DNA from: a virus
Reading direction: 5' to 3' (one strand)
IMG/VR virus record: IMGVR_UViG_3300045988_180190
DNA: 64,000 nt
This document shows, one piece after another, positions 9,008 to 18,903 of this stretch; the stretch's first letter is position 1; every line of letters starts with the position of its first letter. The notes beneath the pieces were generated by a model. It was not told the origin of the DNA. It searched no databases and worked only from the letters and a program-made list of their open reading frames with translations. A program made the position numbers and the translations under genes.

Positions 9008-11545
9008 CTACACATCGTAAACATCATTCCATTCTTCTTCAGAAATATATGTCGGCGTTACATTGCCGTTGCTATCTTGTGAAAATACTAGGCGCATATA
9101 TTGTCCTGGTATTATTTTCTTGTCTGTGCCATACACATTAAATTGCAAAGACGTTAGTGGTGTCTGAGTTTTGATTTCATCGACAAAAACTTTTATTGAC
9201 TGGTCGTTGTCGCCAGCAACTGTGCCGCTTCCTTGCACTGTCGCGTCATTGGAATTGCCCGAAGCGTCCTTCACAAGCTTAGTAGTTGCATTGCGCGCGA
9301 TTGTGTAGTTTTCGAGCGCGAGCGAAACTTGCGAAGGCTTTAATGCGGGCGGGATAAGCCTGCCTGCCACATAGTCCGCAATGCTGTACGGCGAGCCTTC
9401 CGCGCTTACGTCAAAATTAAAAACGTACAAATTGCGCAACATCATCGGATGCGCCGAGGCAGGCTGTATCGAATAATTCTGATTGTAAGTATTTACAGCG
9501 TAATTAACAGTTCCGCTTAAAGAATCTAACGTTAATCCTTTGTAAGGACTTGTAGCTACTTTTGTTCCGTCAACGTATATATCAAAATTAACAGGCGTTG
9601 ATTCTAATTCTCTGCAAACTCCTATAATAGTATGCTCTTTGCCTAAAAATGTATCCTTGTCAAAAAGGTAAGATACTTCTGAATATGATATAGTTCCGTC
9701 TGTATTTTTGGAAATTCTTAACTGAATATTAGGGTTATTTATTACGTTGTTAAAACTTATTGAACCCCATAGTGCACCATTTCCGTTGTCTCCAAACTGA
9801 AATATTGTTTGAATTCCCTGGGTCGAGCCTTCCCACGAATCAACCCGCACAGTTGCGCAAATTGAAAACGGGAAATTGGGAATCGCAAAATTCGAACCAA
9901 AAAGTTTGGCGTTGTCAAAATACAAAGTGCCATACGGAAGCTTGGAAAGGTGTGAATCTAAAACTTTATTTTCTATTTCGTTAATAGCTCCTACAATAGT
10001 TTTGTCAGTAGTTTCAAGAGTATTATCCGTAATGTTTTGCTTTAGGATTAACTGATTATTAACTGCTGCAGCTGTGGGAAATTGGGCATCTGTAGCCGAA
10101 GTGGATAGGTCTTTTGTAACGCCGGTGCCGGCTAATCCACGACCTGTGTTTAGAGTTAGGAGCACGCCATCCCGGGCATTTCCAATGGTAACGTTATTAT
10201 TACTTCCACAATTTTTTGTACCGATATTTATATTTCGTGTATTTGAGCTACCTCCAATATTAATGGTTTGAATTCCATTACTAGTTTCGAATCCTAAGTT
10301 TAAAGTTGTTTGATAATCAGAACTTTTCAATATGGAAACCTGCGCATTATTACTGCTGGGCTCTGTAGAAGAGTCTGACTCACTATAATATTTTAATGTG
10401 TTTTGTTTATCTGCTGATAATTCATTGATAGCACCCACTACAGTTTTAGCAGTCGTGGCAAGTGTATCATCTGACTTGGTTTGATATCCACTAAGGTCTA
10501 CCGATCCACCAAGTGCGTCCCAAGCGCTTCCAGTCCACGCATAGTTTGTACCTGCGGGGTATGTTTGATATGCTTGCGCAACATTCCATGTGTCGCCTAC
10601 CGCAGCTTCTTCTGGGAGTTGATCATAGGTATCAACACTGCCTTTGTAAGTTAGTGCTGATCCTAAGTCAGTTTTTATTTGGTTAACCGCAACACGCACG
10701 GCGCTTGCAGTAGGTAATGCATTTTCCCCACCACTTTGCAAGTTTATGCTATCAACAATTGCAGTAACGTTAGGTGTAGAGTTATTTATTTTGAATCCAC
10801 CAGGAGCTGTAATATCGACGCGTCCCGTTGTTACAGTGAGTCCCTGGGTCACTGTGTCCTCGCGGAAAACACCAAGCTTCACTGCTGCTGAGGTACCCGA
10901 GGAATCACGCCCCATTTCTAAACCAGTAATACCGGCTTTGATGGATATATTGTTATTTGGCTGCTCTGCTGTCTCAATTGTTACAGTATTATCTCCTTCA
11001 GAATAATACTTAAGAGTATTTTGCTTTGCTGCTAAGCTGTCAGCAACAGCTTTTTCTGAAGCAACCTTGGTGTTAACCGCGCCTGCGCTTGGAATTGTTG
11101 TGGATATGTCAGTCTTTAATACTACGTCAGCAGTATTTGCTTTTGTAGCTAATTCGCCATCAATAGAAGTTTCTAAACCGGAAATAGCACTAACCAAGGT
11201 ATCTTCTACTAATTTAGATGTCGGAACATGCGTATCGTCATCTGTAAGTTTAATGGTGTCGATACCTTCTATAGTAACATCGTCTACAGTAATATCCGCT
11301 ACTGTAATGGTTCCTGTATTAAAGGTCTTAGCTCCGGTAATTGTTTGAACGCCATTGGTTGTTAAGAAACTACTGGTATCGACATTATTTATAGCTTCCC
11401 ATATTCCGGTACTATTATAGTATCTTAATACAGGAGTCGTTTCAGAAATATCTAACCATAAATATCTTAATTGTTCCAAAGATGTTGGAGCAGTGGGAGA
11501 AACAATTACAGGTCGTTTATCGTAAGTGATAATAGGAGTACTCAT
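9008..11545 (-). CDS. tail fibre protein (845 aa), modular, with a LamG/concanavalin-like region and a small C-terminal domain
   Basis: Two copies of the fibre motif T(A/D)KT(V/I)VGAINE(L/I). Shares two modules with the next fibre gene. The ICATVRVDSWEGS...IFQFGDNGNGALWGSISF region looks lectin/LamG-like. Preceded by a terminator. Confidence 0.8.
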   Translation of the reverse strand: MSTPIITYDKRPVIVSPTAPTSLEQLRYLWLDISETTPVLRYYNSTGIWEAINNVDTSSFLTTNGVQTITGAKTFNTGTITVADITVDDVTIEGIDTIKLTDDDTHVPTSKLVEDTLVSAISGLETSIDGELATKANTADVVLKTDISTTIPSAGAVNTKVASEKAVADSLAAKQNTLKYYSEGDNTVTIETAEQPNNNISIKAGITGLEMGRDSSGTSAAVKLGVFREDTVTQGLTVTTGRVDITAPGGFKINNSTPNVTAIVDSINLQSGGENALPTASAVRVAVNQIKTDLGSALTYKGSVDTYDQLPEEAAVGDTWNVAQAYQTYPAGTNYAWTGSAWDALGGSVDLSGYQTKSDDTLATTAKTVVGAINELSADKQNTLKYYSESDSSTEPSSNNAQVSILKSSDYQTTLNLGFETSNGIQTINIGGSSNTRNINIGTKNCGSNNNVTIGNARDGVLLTLNTGRGLAGTGVTKDLSTSATDAQFPTAAAVNNQLILKQNITDNTLETTDKTIVGAINEIENKVLDSHLSKLPYGTLYFDNAKLFGSNFAIPNFPFSICATVRVDSWEGSTQGIQTIFQFGDNGNGALWGSISFNNVINNPNIQLRISKNTDGTISYSEVSYLFDKDTFLGKEHTIIGVCRELESTPVNFDIYVDGTKVATSPYKGLTLDSLSGTVNYAVNTYNQNYSIQPASAHPMMLRNLYVFNFDVSAEGSPYSIADYVAGRLIPPALKPSQVSLALENYTIARNATTKLVKDASGNSNDATVQGSGTVAGDNDQSIKVFVDEIKTQTPLTSLQFNVYGTDKKIIPGQYMRLVFSQDSNGNVTPTYISEEEWNDVYDV

Positions 11546-11599
11546 TTAGTTTTAATGGAATTTATTTTTAGCTTGTCATAGTCATAATCAGAATGCAAC

Positions 11600-11629
11600 A
11601 AAAAAACTCCGAGAGAAATCTCTCGGAGT
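11600..11629 (-). terminator. factor-independent terminator after the 717-aa fibre gene
   Basis: ACTCCGAGAGA (11606-11616) pairs with TCTCTCGGAGT (11619-11629). On the minus strand the hairpin is followed by T7 (plus-strand A-run 11600-11606). Confidence 0.85.
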
Positions 11630-11653
11630 TGTAAGAAATAATATGATTTACGT

Positions 11654-13807
11654 TTAAAGCATTGAAACTGCAATATTAGCGCTGCTAACAGCAACACCTA
11701 AATCATAGTTTACAGTGTCACCGCTCATCGAAGTGATTGAAGCACCTGTTCCAAATATTACTTCGCGATACCAAACGTTATTAGTTGCATCATATTCAAA
11801 GACCGTACGGGACTTGGCGCCACCCTCTGACGCTATTGAGTCAAATACGACTTTATATCCAGCCAAGCTACTAACATTTGATGGTATGGTAATCGACCCT
11901 GTTTTACTCGTCGATTTAAAAGCAGTTTCACGATTTAATATGCCACCATTTGTGTTAATTGTATCTAACGTTGAGGTGGTTAGCTGTACGCTTATATTAG
12001 CATTAGCTACTGTTACAGCACTCGGAGGAGTACCAGCTTGTGTAGTAGCACCTAATTTTAGAGACCCACCACTAGCTGTACTTTCTTCATAATACGTAAG
12101 CGCATCTTGCTTTGCAGCTAAACCGTCATATACAGCTTTCGCTGATGGCAGTTGCTGATCGGTTGAAGAAGCGCTTAGCGTGGTCTGAATGGCAGAACCC
12201 GTTACTGATCCATTAACAGTTAACTGGTTAGCTACTGTAAACGTTTGTCCGGTAAACGTGGGGGCTGAAAACGATCCAGCTCCAACTTCGCCAGTAAAGT
12301 AAGTCTCTCCAGACGAAACTGAGCCTATATTCTGCGTCTTATTTTGCAATGCAGATATATCAGTATCAAGTTCAGTCAAAGCACCTTCAACAGTGTCAGC
12401 AGTTATACCATCTATAGAAATGCTGCTGTCTTGTTTTCCAGAATTGCTGGTATTGATTTCATTAATGGCACCTACAATTGTCTTGTCCGTGGTATCCAGA
12501 TTGTCATCATAGGTATTGGTTGTAACACCCGCAATGACAGCTGCACTTACATCACTGGCTGACTGATAACCTAAAACGCCTTTCCACGTAGCAGGTACGA
12601 TATTGGACGCATCAACTTTAGCAGCACCATCGGCAGTAGTTTTAACTGCGGTAAGAGCTGTATCTAAGGAAGTTAAAGCATCAGGGATTGTAGTTTCTGT
12701 CTCACCTTGAATGTTAACCGATATTGTAGCATCTTGCTTGCCTGCAAGTGAAGTTTGCAAGGTTCCAATTGCCGCAGTATTATCAGCAACGTCTTTTACG
12801 AGACCGGATTCTGCATTACCGACAGTGGTTTGCAGTGTCCCTATGTTTGTGGTGTTAGTTGCAACTTCACCGTCTAATTCGTTAATAGCGCCGACAACCG
12901 TTTTAGCGGCAGTAGTTAGCGAATTGTCATTTTTCGTTTGATAAGCGCTTAAATCAACCGAACCTCCAAGAGCATCCCATTTGGTTCCATCCCAAGCATA
13001 GTTTGTACCTGCGGGATAATTGCCATAAGCTGCCTCGACGTTATAAACGTCACCAACCTCTGCATCATCCGGAAGAGCATCATAAGTCGCAACGCTTCCT
13101 TTGTAGGTATAAACCCCTGAAATGCTGGACTTAACTTCGTTGATAGCAGTTACAACCGCATTGGTGCTGGGTATGCGTCCCGTATTTCCCGTTGAAGATG
13201 GAAGTGTTTCATCAATGACGGAACCGGTAATACCGTTAGTAGTATCTAAGGTGACTGTTGCAGCACCTGTGCCATTCCCAATCGTCAGCGTAGTAAGTCT
13301 GGCGCTGGAACCTGTTTCAATGAAGTTTCCTATAGCATCCGCAACAGCTTTTTCAGACGCAACCTTTGTATCAACTGCGCCTTCCTCCGGAATGACTGTG
13401 GAAATGTCAGTCTTTAAAACTACATTGTCTGCAGTTGGAATATTTTCCAGTTCAGACTGAATACTATCTATATCGCTTTCAATAGCATTAATGCGGGTGT
13501 CGGTTTGTGAAATGCGTACCCAGTTTGCACCAGAATTTGCAGTAGCATCTTTATTAGCATCATTAGCACCACTATTTTGCAGAACATATAAGCCATTGTT
13601 CTCTGGAGTGTCATTACCGACATATACCAGCATGCCATAGTAGCAGAACATTTTGCCCGCATTTGCTCCTGCAGCAGATGGGGCTTGCCAAGTGGAAGCT
13701 GTATATAGATCCGCCTTGGTGTCCACCAGCATCTTTGCATCTACTGGCGCTCCTGAGGTTAATTCGATGGGTGCACCCGTTACATTTGTACCTTTAACTC
13801 TCGACAT
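11654..13807 (-). CDS. tail fibre protein (717 aa)
   Basis: AAKTVVGAINEL and TDKTIVGAINEI motifs. Gly/Ala/Thr/Ser-rich repetitive sequence. GAGGA RBS. Modules paralogous to 9008-11545. Confidence 0.8.
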   Translation of the reverse strand: MSRVKGTNVTGAPIELTSGAPVDAKMLVDTKADLYTASTWQAPSAAGANAGKMFCYYGMLVYVGNDTPENNGLYVLQNSGANDANKDATANSGANWVRISQTDTRINAIESDIDSIQSELENIPTADNVVLKTDISTVIPEEGAVDTKVASEKAVADAIGNFIETGSSARLTTLTIGNGTGAATVTLDTTNGITGSVIDETLPSSTGNTGRIPSTNAVVTAINEVKSSISGVYTYKGSVATYDALPDDAEVGDVYNVEAAYGNYPAGTNYAWDGTKWDALGGSVDLSAYQTKNDNSLTTAAKTVVGAINELDGEVATNTTNIGTLQTTVGNAESGLVKDVADNTAAIGTLQTSLAGKQDATISVNIQGETETTIPDALTSLDTALTAVKTTADGAAKVDASNIVPATWKGVLGYQSASDVSAAVIAGVTTNTYDDNLDTTDKTIVGAINEINTSNSGKQDSSISIDGITADTVEGALTELDTDISALQNKTQNIGSVSSGETYFTGEVGAGSFSAPTFTGQTFTVANQLTVNGSVTGSAIQTTLSASSTDQQLPSAKAVYDGLAAKQDALTYYEESTASGGSLKLGATTQAGTPPSAVTVANANISVQLTTSTLDTINTNGGILNRETAFKSTSKTGSITIPSNVSSLAGYKVVFDSIASEGGAKSRTVFEYDATNNVWYREVIFGTGASITSMSGDTVNYDLGVAVSSANIAVSML

Positions 13808-13826
13808 ATAAAATTCCTCTTAACGA

Positions 13827-15122
13827 TTAATTAAATTGAACTCTTAATTGTGATACACCTTGCAGAGCTCCGTTAAACGTATATTTTTTATACGCAACTT
13901 GCGTAGCTGTGCTATTAACATCTTTATTAATGTCCGAAGTCGTCCACTGTAAAAGCGACTCGGCTTTACCGCCGCCCATATAGTTCCAATTGCTAGCGCC
14001 AACGTCTGCAACTTGGAAACCAGTGATAGCATTCCATGTAGCGGGCACTTCCACGCTCCATTTTTCTGTAGCGGTTTCACCAGCCATAGTGTAAGTTAGC
14101 GTGGAATTATTTGAAGCTAATGATTGCTTTGTCATTGTTGATATATCGCCGTTTTGCGTATTGGCATAAACCGGATATACGCCATTTATAGTGAGCGATT
14201 TAGCTCCAATGGAACCCGATGCTAACGGTGTTTGATAATTGTTACCCTTATTGGATTTCGGCTGAACACCGGCGTCATAAGACACATTCATCGTCCAACT
14301 TTGTGCACCGGCAAGCACCGTATAAGATTCTACAGTTTGCGTATCGGTAAGGTTAGTAGACGAAACCGCTTCCCCTGGCAACCCTGTGCCTGTATAAGTG
14401 TACGAGTTCGGCAGACCAGAACGATACTGCGAGTCAGACTGATATTGCGGGTTAATCGAACCGCGATTAAATTTTGCCGTAAAAGTTAAGGGCGCAATGG
14501 TGCTGCCAATTTCTTTTAATACATTATTTGATCCGGTGTTAAATGTAAAGCTAGACGATGGATTGGTAAGCGTTGGGAATAATTCTTTTACTAAAAGCAG
14601 TTCCCAAAGTTCTTGGTTGGTCATATCCGTTACGGACGTACCTGCGTTAATACCACCTACCGTAATCGATGCCGCTGCGCTTAGGGTAATCTTTTCCTGC
14701 GTGGAGACCCAAGCCGAACCACTGTAGTAATAGAGGATATTGGTATCTGTGGTGATGGCAATATTGCCTGCTTCTGCGTCTTCCGGAAGATTTTCTTCAG
14801 AAGCTACTAGCGTGATACTACCGCCTCCGCCTCCGCCTATTTCTATCCAGGATGATCCAGTATAAGCATAAAGGATGACATCGCCGCTGCTGTTAACGAC
14901 ACCTAAGCTACCGGTTGAAGCTGTGGTAGGAAGGGATTCAAACGAAGTAGCGTAAAATACATTAGCTACTATCGGTTGCATCGCCGATCCATTCCAGCGC
15001 GCTAAAACATTCGTAGCAGGGTCAAGGTATAATCTATCCGTTGTTTTTAGTGCTTCGGGCAAAGAAGCAAAAGAGTAGATAAACACCGGAGTTTTACTAA
15101 TTGATATAGAACCAGTTGCCAT
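13827..15122 (-). CDS. tail fibre / receptor-binding-like protein (431 aa)
   Basis: Three N-terminal copies of an aromatic x(Y/W)xGSxW motif (LARWNGSAM, LYAYTGSSWIEIGG, LYYYSGSAWVST) that also occurs in the neighbouring fibres. G6 linker, then a beta-rich C-terminal half. Confidence 0.65.
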   Translation of the reverse strand: MATGSISISKTPVFIYSFASLPEALKTTDRLYLDPATNVLARWNGSAMQPIVANVFYATSFESLPTTASTGSLGVVNSSGDVILYAYTGSSWIEIGGGGGGSITLVASEENLPEDAEAGNIAITTDTNILYYYSGSAWVSTQEKITLSAAASITVGGINAGTSVTDMTNQELWELLLVKELFPTLTNPSSSFTFNTGSNNVLKEIGSTIAPLTFTAKFNRGSINPQYQSDSQYRSGLPNSYTYTGTGLPGEAVSSTNLTDTQTVESYTVLAGAQSWTMNVSYDAGVQPKSNKGNNYQTPLASGSIGAKSLTINGVYPVYANTQNGDISTMTKQSLASNNSTLTYTMAGETATEKWSVEVPATWNAITGFQVADVGASNWNYMGGGKAESLLQWTTSDINKDVNSTATQVAYKKYTFNGALQGVSQLRVQFN

Positions 15123-15196
15123 AATGTTATAATGTTATTATATTGAAAAGTTTTTATTTTAAAGATACATATTTTCCGATAAAACAAAAGCAAAAA

Positions 15197-16018
15197 TTAT
15201 CCATTAGAGGCAAATTTCTGCAAATATGTTGTAGATAGCAACGTATAATTTCTATCATCCTCATTTACAACCTGCAATTGCACGGATTGATCGGAAGATA
15301 ATAAATTAAACGTAATATGCGTAGCTTCACCATAAGACAGTAATCTTTCGATAACTTTTTCGGATACAATATGGTTATCTCCTAATAAACCTATATTAAA
15401 TGTATATGAATATTTATTTAATATATTTATATTATCTGTAACCAATAATGTAACCGTAATATCCGTTAAAGTGCCTGCTTCAAAGAAAATTTCTGAGGAG
15501 TTGGACATTAAGGGTAACACGACTTCTCCATTTGCGGATACGTTTGTTTTGCCTTCAAAAATTGAAATTTTTGCCGATTGATTATCTAATAAAGCCTTTA
15601 GTTCATTAATTGCGCCGACAATTGTTTTAGCCTCAGTCTCCAAACTATCGTCAGTAATATTTTGCTTTAAATCTAAAGCTTCCTGCGTCGCCGTTGAAAT
15701 CGGTTTATCAATATCGGCAGTATTGTCTACATTAGATAAATCAATAAAGTTTTTATCTACAGTTACATCGCCTTTATGGTTGTCACCTTTATAATCAATT
15801 ATAGAAGTAACGACATCCGTGGTAGGAACTAAAGCAGCAATCTTTTCTATATAATCGCGAAAAGGCAAGTCCTCAGGCACATCTTGACCTTTGGAAATTA
15901 ACATTTTACGCATTAAATCTTTAGTCTGCATCAGGTATGCAAACTTTTCAGACACGCTTCCGCATTTTGTTACTAAAGACTTTGCTTTACAATTTGTTGG
16001 AGTTAAACATTCGGACAT
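15197..16018 (-). CDS. tail fibre-associated protein (273 aa)
   Basis: Contains EAKTIVGAINELKALL, the same fibre motif. Its ATG overlaps the upstream TAA (TAATG). Confidence 0.65.
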   Translation of the reverse strand: MSECLTPTNCKAKSLVTKCGSVSEKFAYLMQTKDLMRKMLISKGQDVPEDLPFRDYIEKIAALVPTTDVVTSIIDYKGDNHKGDVTVDKNFIDLSNVDNTADIDKPISTATQEALDLKQNITDDSLETEAKTIVGAINELKALLDNQSAKISIFEGKTNVSANGEVVLPLMSNSSEIFFEAGTLTDITVTLLVTDNINILNKYSYTFNIGLLGDNHIVSEKVIERLLSYGEATHITFNLLSSDQSVQLQVVNEDDRNYTLLSTTYLQKFASNG

Positions 16019-16722
16019 TAAGGATTGGTCTCCTGATCGTTAGGTTGCTCACCATTTATTTTATCCAATTCTTGGCTTACTTTACAATATCCTAAAGCCA
16101 TCAACTGTTTAGAAATATCTGTACTGCTACATCCACATGATTTATTTGATCCACAACCATTTCCCTTTGCTATAAGATTCCCACCTTGAAATGCTGTTGA
16201 TAGGTATTTATTATTTATACAATATCCTTGGATAGGATTGGATTTAACGGTTAGGGTAAATACACGAATTTGCTCATAACCATCCGTAGTATCGTCTTCT
16301 TCATTAGCATCTTCTATGACCTTCTTAAATACCCTTACAACATACGTACCTCTTGCCAACATTAATTGGTGGTGTTTTATTCTTAAATATAAATTTTCGT
16401 AGGCATCGTTATTGTCATCGGTTTCGTAGTAGATAATTACTTCTGTAGGATCTATGGAATCATCATCCATAGAAGCTGCCGCAGAAGTTTTATCTAGCAC
16501 CACACATTTATTTCGGGCATCCTCTTTAGAAATAAATACCTTAAATCTCAAAGCATCAAAATCAGTCGTCGCAGCGTCATATGGTCCATCAATAAATATA
16601 TTTAAATCCCCATTAGGGTCAGTATACTCTTTGTCATCGGAATTTTTTGTGGATTCTCCGTTTTCCGATGGATCCATAATTCCGGGCAAAGCGGTAACAT
16701 AGCAAATTTCTTTGTTGCTCAT
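16018..16722 (-). CDS. hypothetical tail/baseplate protein (234 aa)
   Basis: Long ORF inside the tail block. Acidic, with C-terminal GNGCGSNKSCGCS. Confidence 0.7.
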   Translation of the reverse strand: MSNKEICYVTALPGIMDPSENGESTKNSDDKEYTDPNGDLNIFIDGPYDAATTDFDALRFKVFISKEDARNKCVVLDKTSAAASMDDDSIDPTEVIIYYETDDNNDAYENLYLRIKHHQLMLARGTYVVRVFKKVIEDANEEDDTTDGYEQIRVFTLTVKSNPIQGYCINNKYLSTAFQGGNLIAKGNGCGSNKSCGCSSTDISKQLMALGYCKVSQELDKINGEQPNDQETNP

Positions 16723-16724
16723 AC

Positions 16725-17174
16725 TTATGAAATAGTTACTGTTTCGGAGGGTTGTACTTCATCCATTAATTTTAGATTATCTACAAGTAATTGTGCATCA
16801 GATTTAATTATTTGCCAACCTCTTTCTGCTAAATCCGGGGTTTCAAAAAATAATTCTATCTGATTTGTGCGGTAAAATGGGGATATTAACCCTTGAATGT
16901 CAGCCTCATTCATTTGGTCAATAGTTTCAATTGTAGGTAAATCTGTAATATCTTGAACCGAAGCAATACGGTTAAACATATCTCCCTGATTAGGGTCTAG
17001 TCCGGTACCTGTAAGCTGCATTACAAAAATGTACCCTCCATCTAGCAATCCTGTGCCAGAGGCATTTACTTTTACTGGAAATCCGCTGATATTAGCTAAC
17101 CAAGATAAATCTGTCTTGTTTGTGTCAAATTTAGTTAAAGTTATGCTTGTGTTATCTGAACTTGCACTGCTCAT
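16725..17174 (-). CDS. hypothetical tail/baseplate protein (149 aa)
   Basis: Start moved to the ATG at 17174-17172 (MSSASSDN), 5 nt after the upstream stop at 17180-17182. Confidence 0.65.
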   Translation of the reverse strand: MSSASSDNTSITLTKFDTNKTDLSWLANISGFPVKVNASGTGLLDGGYIFVMQLTGTGLDPNQGDMFNRIASVQDITDLPTIETIDQMNEADIQGLISPFYRTNQIELFFETPDLAERGWQIIKSDAQLLVDNLKLMDEVQPSETVTIS

Positions 17175-17179
17175 AATGA

Positions 17180-18901
17180 TTAACTTTCTGGTGTATAAAA
17201 TTGGGGATCCACCCACTGGTAATTTCCTTTATTAATTTTAAAAATCGGAAGCATACTAATTGGGCAAATCGAAATTGCTGCCTGCTGTATTGCATTTAAA
17301 ATTTTTGAGATATTATCATATAACGTACTTAAAACCTCAACATTAATTTCTATAATTACTGCATTTGGAATGATATATTTAAAAAACCAATCGATTTGAG
17401 GCAAATTTTCATAATCATTCATTATATATTGTAATTTAGAATCGCTCCAATCAACGCCATTCCTAAAACTTATCCCGTAACTCGCATACCCTTGACCTCC
17501 GTCCCGAGCGCCAGGCAATAAAAAAGCTTTATATCTTTCACCTACGGTGGTAAGTTGATAACCCTTCTCAGGTGTAATATAGGCGGTAGCATTTTGCTGG
17601 ACCACAGAGTGCCAATAACCATTATTCTTCCATACGATGTCCCAAGAGGAGCTTATGCTTTTAAATGGCAATCCTCTAGACCTGCTTGAGTCCCCCATAT
17701 TAGGTGTTGTCCAGCAGGCACCAGGAACATTTGCCTCAGTACGACTTGGGTCCCACCAAGCTTCCTTCCCATTATTATAATACACATTAATTGGATTTAC
17801 TAGGTAGTCCCCTGGGTATAGTGTTGTGGATTGGGTTAGGTTTGTTTTCCCTTTTGTTATAATGGTAAATTGTTTTATTTTATTGGATGTGTCACCTTGA
17901 TATGAAGGTTGTGCAACATTAGTTAATTTATAGGCATAAAATCCATTTCCCAGTTCATTTACTCCTTCAATATTTTCTTTCGTAATGTCGCACTGGACAC
18001 TCACAGCAGTTCCGCCAAACATAGCATTTAGCGTCTTTCCAAAATTTTCAACACTCTGATCAGATCCCTTAACGTAATTACTTGCCTGCTGTGCTTCAAT
18101 ACCTACTGGTATATTATTTAATCCAAGTATAGCATTATAAATAGACTTACGCTTTTTATTCTGACCCCTGACTTTTGCATTAAAAATAAATGATCCGGTT
18201 ATACCGTCATATTGAAAATGTGTAACAAAAAAATTCCATAATGAGTCAATACGCGCTGACTCGTCTAGAGATTCATCAGTAAAATGACTCAAGTTTAGCC
18301 CCATGGAGAAAGGCAATAAGAACCCAACATACTTCTCAGATTGTCTGAAGTGTACTCCAGAGGTAAATTGCTTTATGTCGGAACTACTTTGGTTAAGAGA
18401 ATTCCAAGTCTGAATAGTAAATATCTCAAGGTCCTTTAGGTCTGAATCCTCTGTTGAGGTATCAAAAGGTAATAGTAATAGGATAGATTGTGATGAGACA
18501 AACTGGTCTGGTTTACCTAGATATTTCTTTAAAGAATCTCTTGTAAAGGAAGTAAAGGTAGAAGTATCTAGATTAATTGCTGTATTTAAATCCAAAGAAT
18601 CGGTAGAATCGGTGGAATCGGTATTTTCGCAAATAAGCAATTTAGCATCTTCCAGTAAAAATGTATGTTCCCTATTTGTAATATATAAGTTGTTATCTTT
18701 ATTATAAATGTTATCCCATATATTGTTTAAGCTAGTAAACACGGAGGACAAGATGGGCATTTTAGACATAGCTTTTGCCGCCTGCCTTGTTTTACCTTTA
18801 AGTAATTGATACCAGAATGAACCACATTCCGCAAAGTTCGTATCGGAATTAACCGCTAAATTTCTTGCAAAATATGATTGTAAAGTGTTGTCTTTTTCCA
18901 T
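17180..18901 (-). CDS. baseplate-associated protein (573 aa)
   Basis: Lies immediately downstream of the gp25-like and J-position genes. Contains the in-frame TDSTDSTDS repeat. Function assigned from position only. Confidence 0.7.
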   Translation of the reverse strand: MEKDNTLQSYFARNLAVNSDTNFAECGSFWYQLLKGKTRQAAKAMSKMPILSSVFTSLNNIWDNIYNKDNNLYITNREHTFLLEDAKLLICENTDSTDSTDSLDLNTAINLDTSTFTSFTRDSLKKYLGKPDQFVSSQSILLLLPFDTSTEDSDLKDLEIFTIQTWNSLNQSSSDIKQFTSGVHFRQSEKYVGFLLPFSMGLNLSHFTDESLDESARIDSLWNFFVTHFQYDGITGSFIFNAKVRGQNKKRKSIYNAILGLNNIPVGIEAQQASNYVKGSDQSVENFGKTLNAMFGGTAVSVQCDITKENIEGVNELGNGFYAYKLTNVAQPSYQGDTSNKIKQFTIITKGKTNLTQSTTLYPGDYLVNPINVYYNNGKEAWWDPSRTEANVPGACWTTPNMGDSSRSRGLPFKSISSSWDIVWKNNGYWHSVVQQNATAYITPEKGYQLTTVGERYKAFLLPGARDGGQGYASYGISFRNGVDWSDSKLQYIMNDYENLPQIDWFFKYIIPNAVIIEINVEVLSTLYDNISKILNAIQQAAISICPISMLPIFKINKGNYQWVDPQFYTPES

Positions 18902-18903
18902 TG

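Noticed and set aside
11715-12092. Plus-strand ORFs nested inside the fibre genes (also 9760-9984, 10074-10271, 10746-11006, 11067-11348, 12344-12562, 12711-12941, 13122-13460, 14232-14727) and the alternative-frame minus-strand ORFs 13468-13740 and 13844-14080
   Set aside because: All lie entirely within long minus-strand ORFs that carry recognisable fibre motifs. Their sequences are low-complexity mirror images of Gly/Ala/Thr/Ser-rich coding, and none has an RBS or an independent signal.
9008-13807. Diversity-generating retroelement (template/variable repeat) as the explanation for the repeated fibre segments
   Set aside because: No reverse transcriptase is present in the window. The DNA copies are diverged throughout (roughly 60-70% identity by eye) rather than differing only at adenines, and the repeats are in-frame protein modules.
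18597-18623. Tandem 9-bp repeat GAATCGGT(A/G) x3 as a phase-variation tract
   Set aside because: The repeat unit is a multiple of three and encodes in-frame TDS-TDS-TDS. Copy-number change would not switch the gene off, so this is most likely a simple low-complexity linker.
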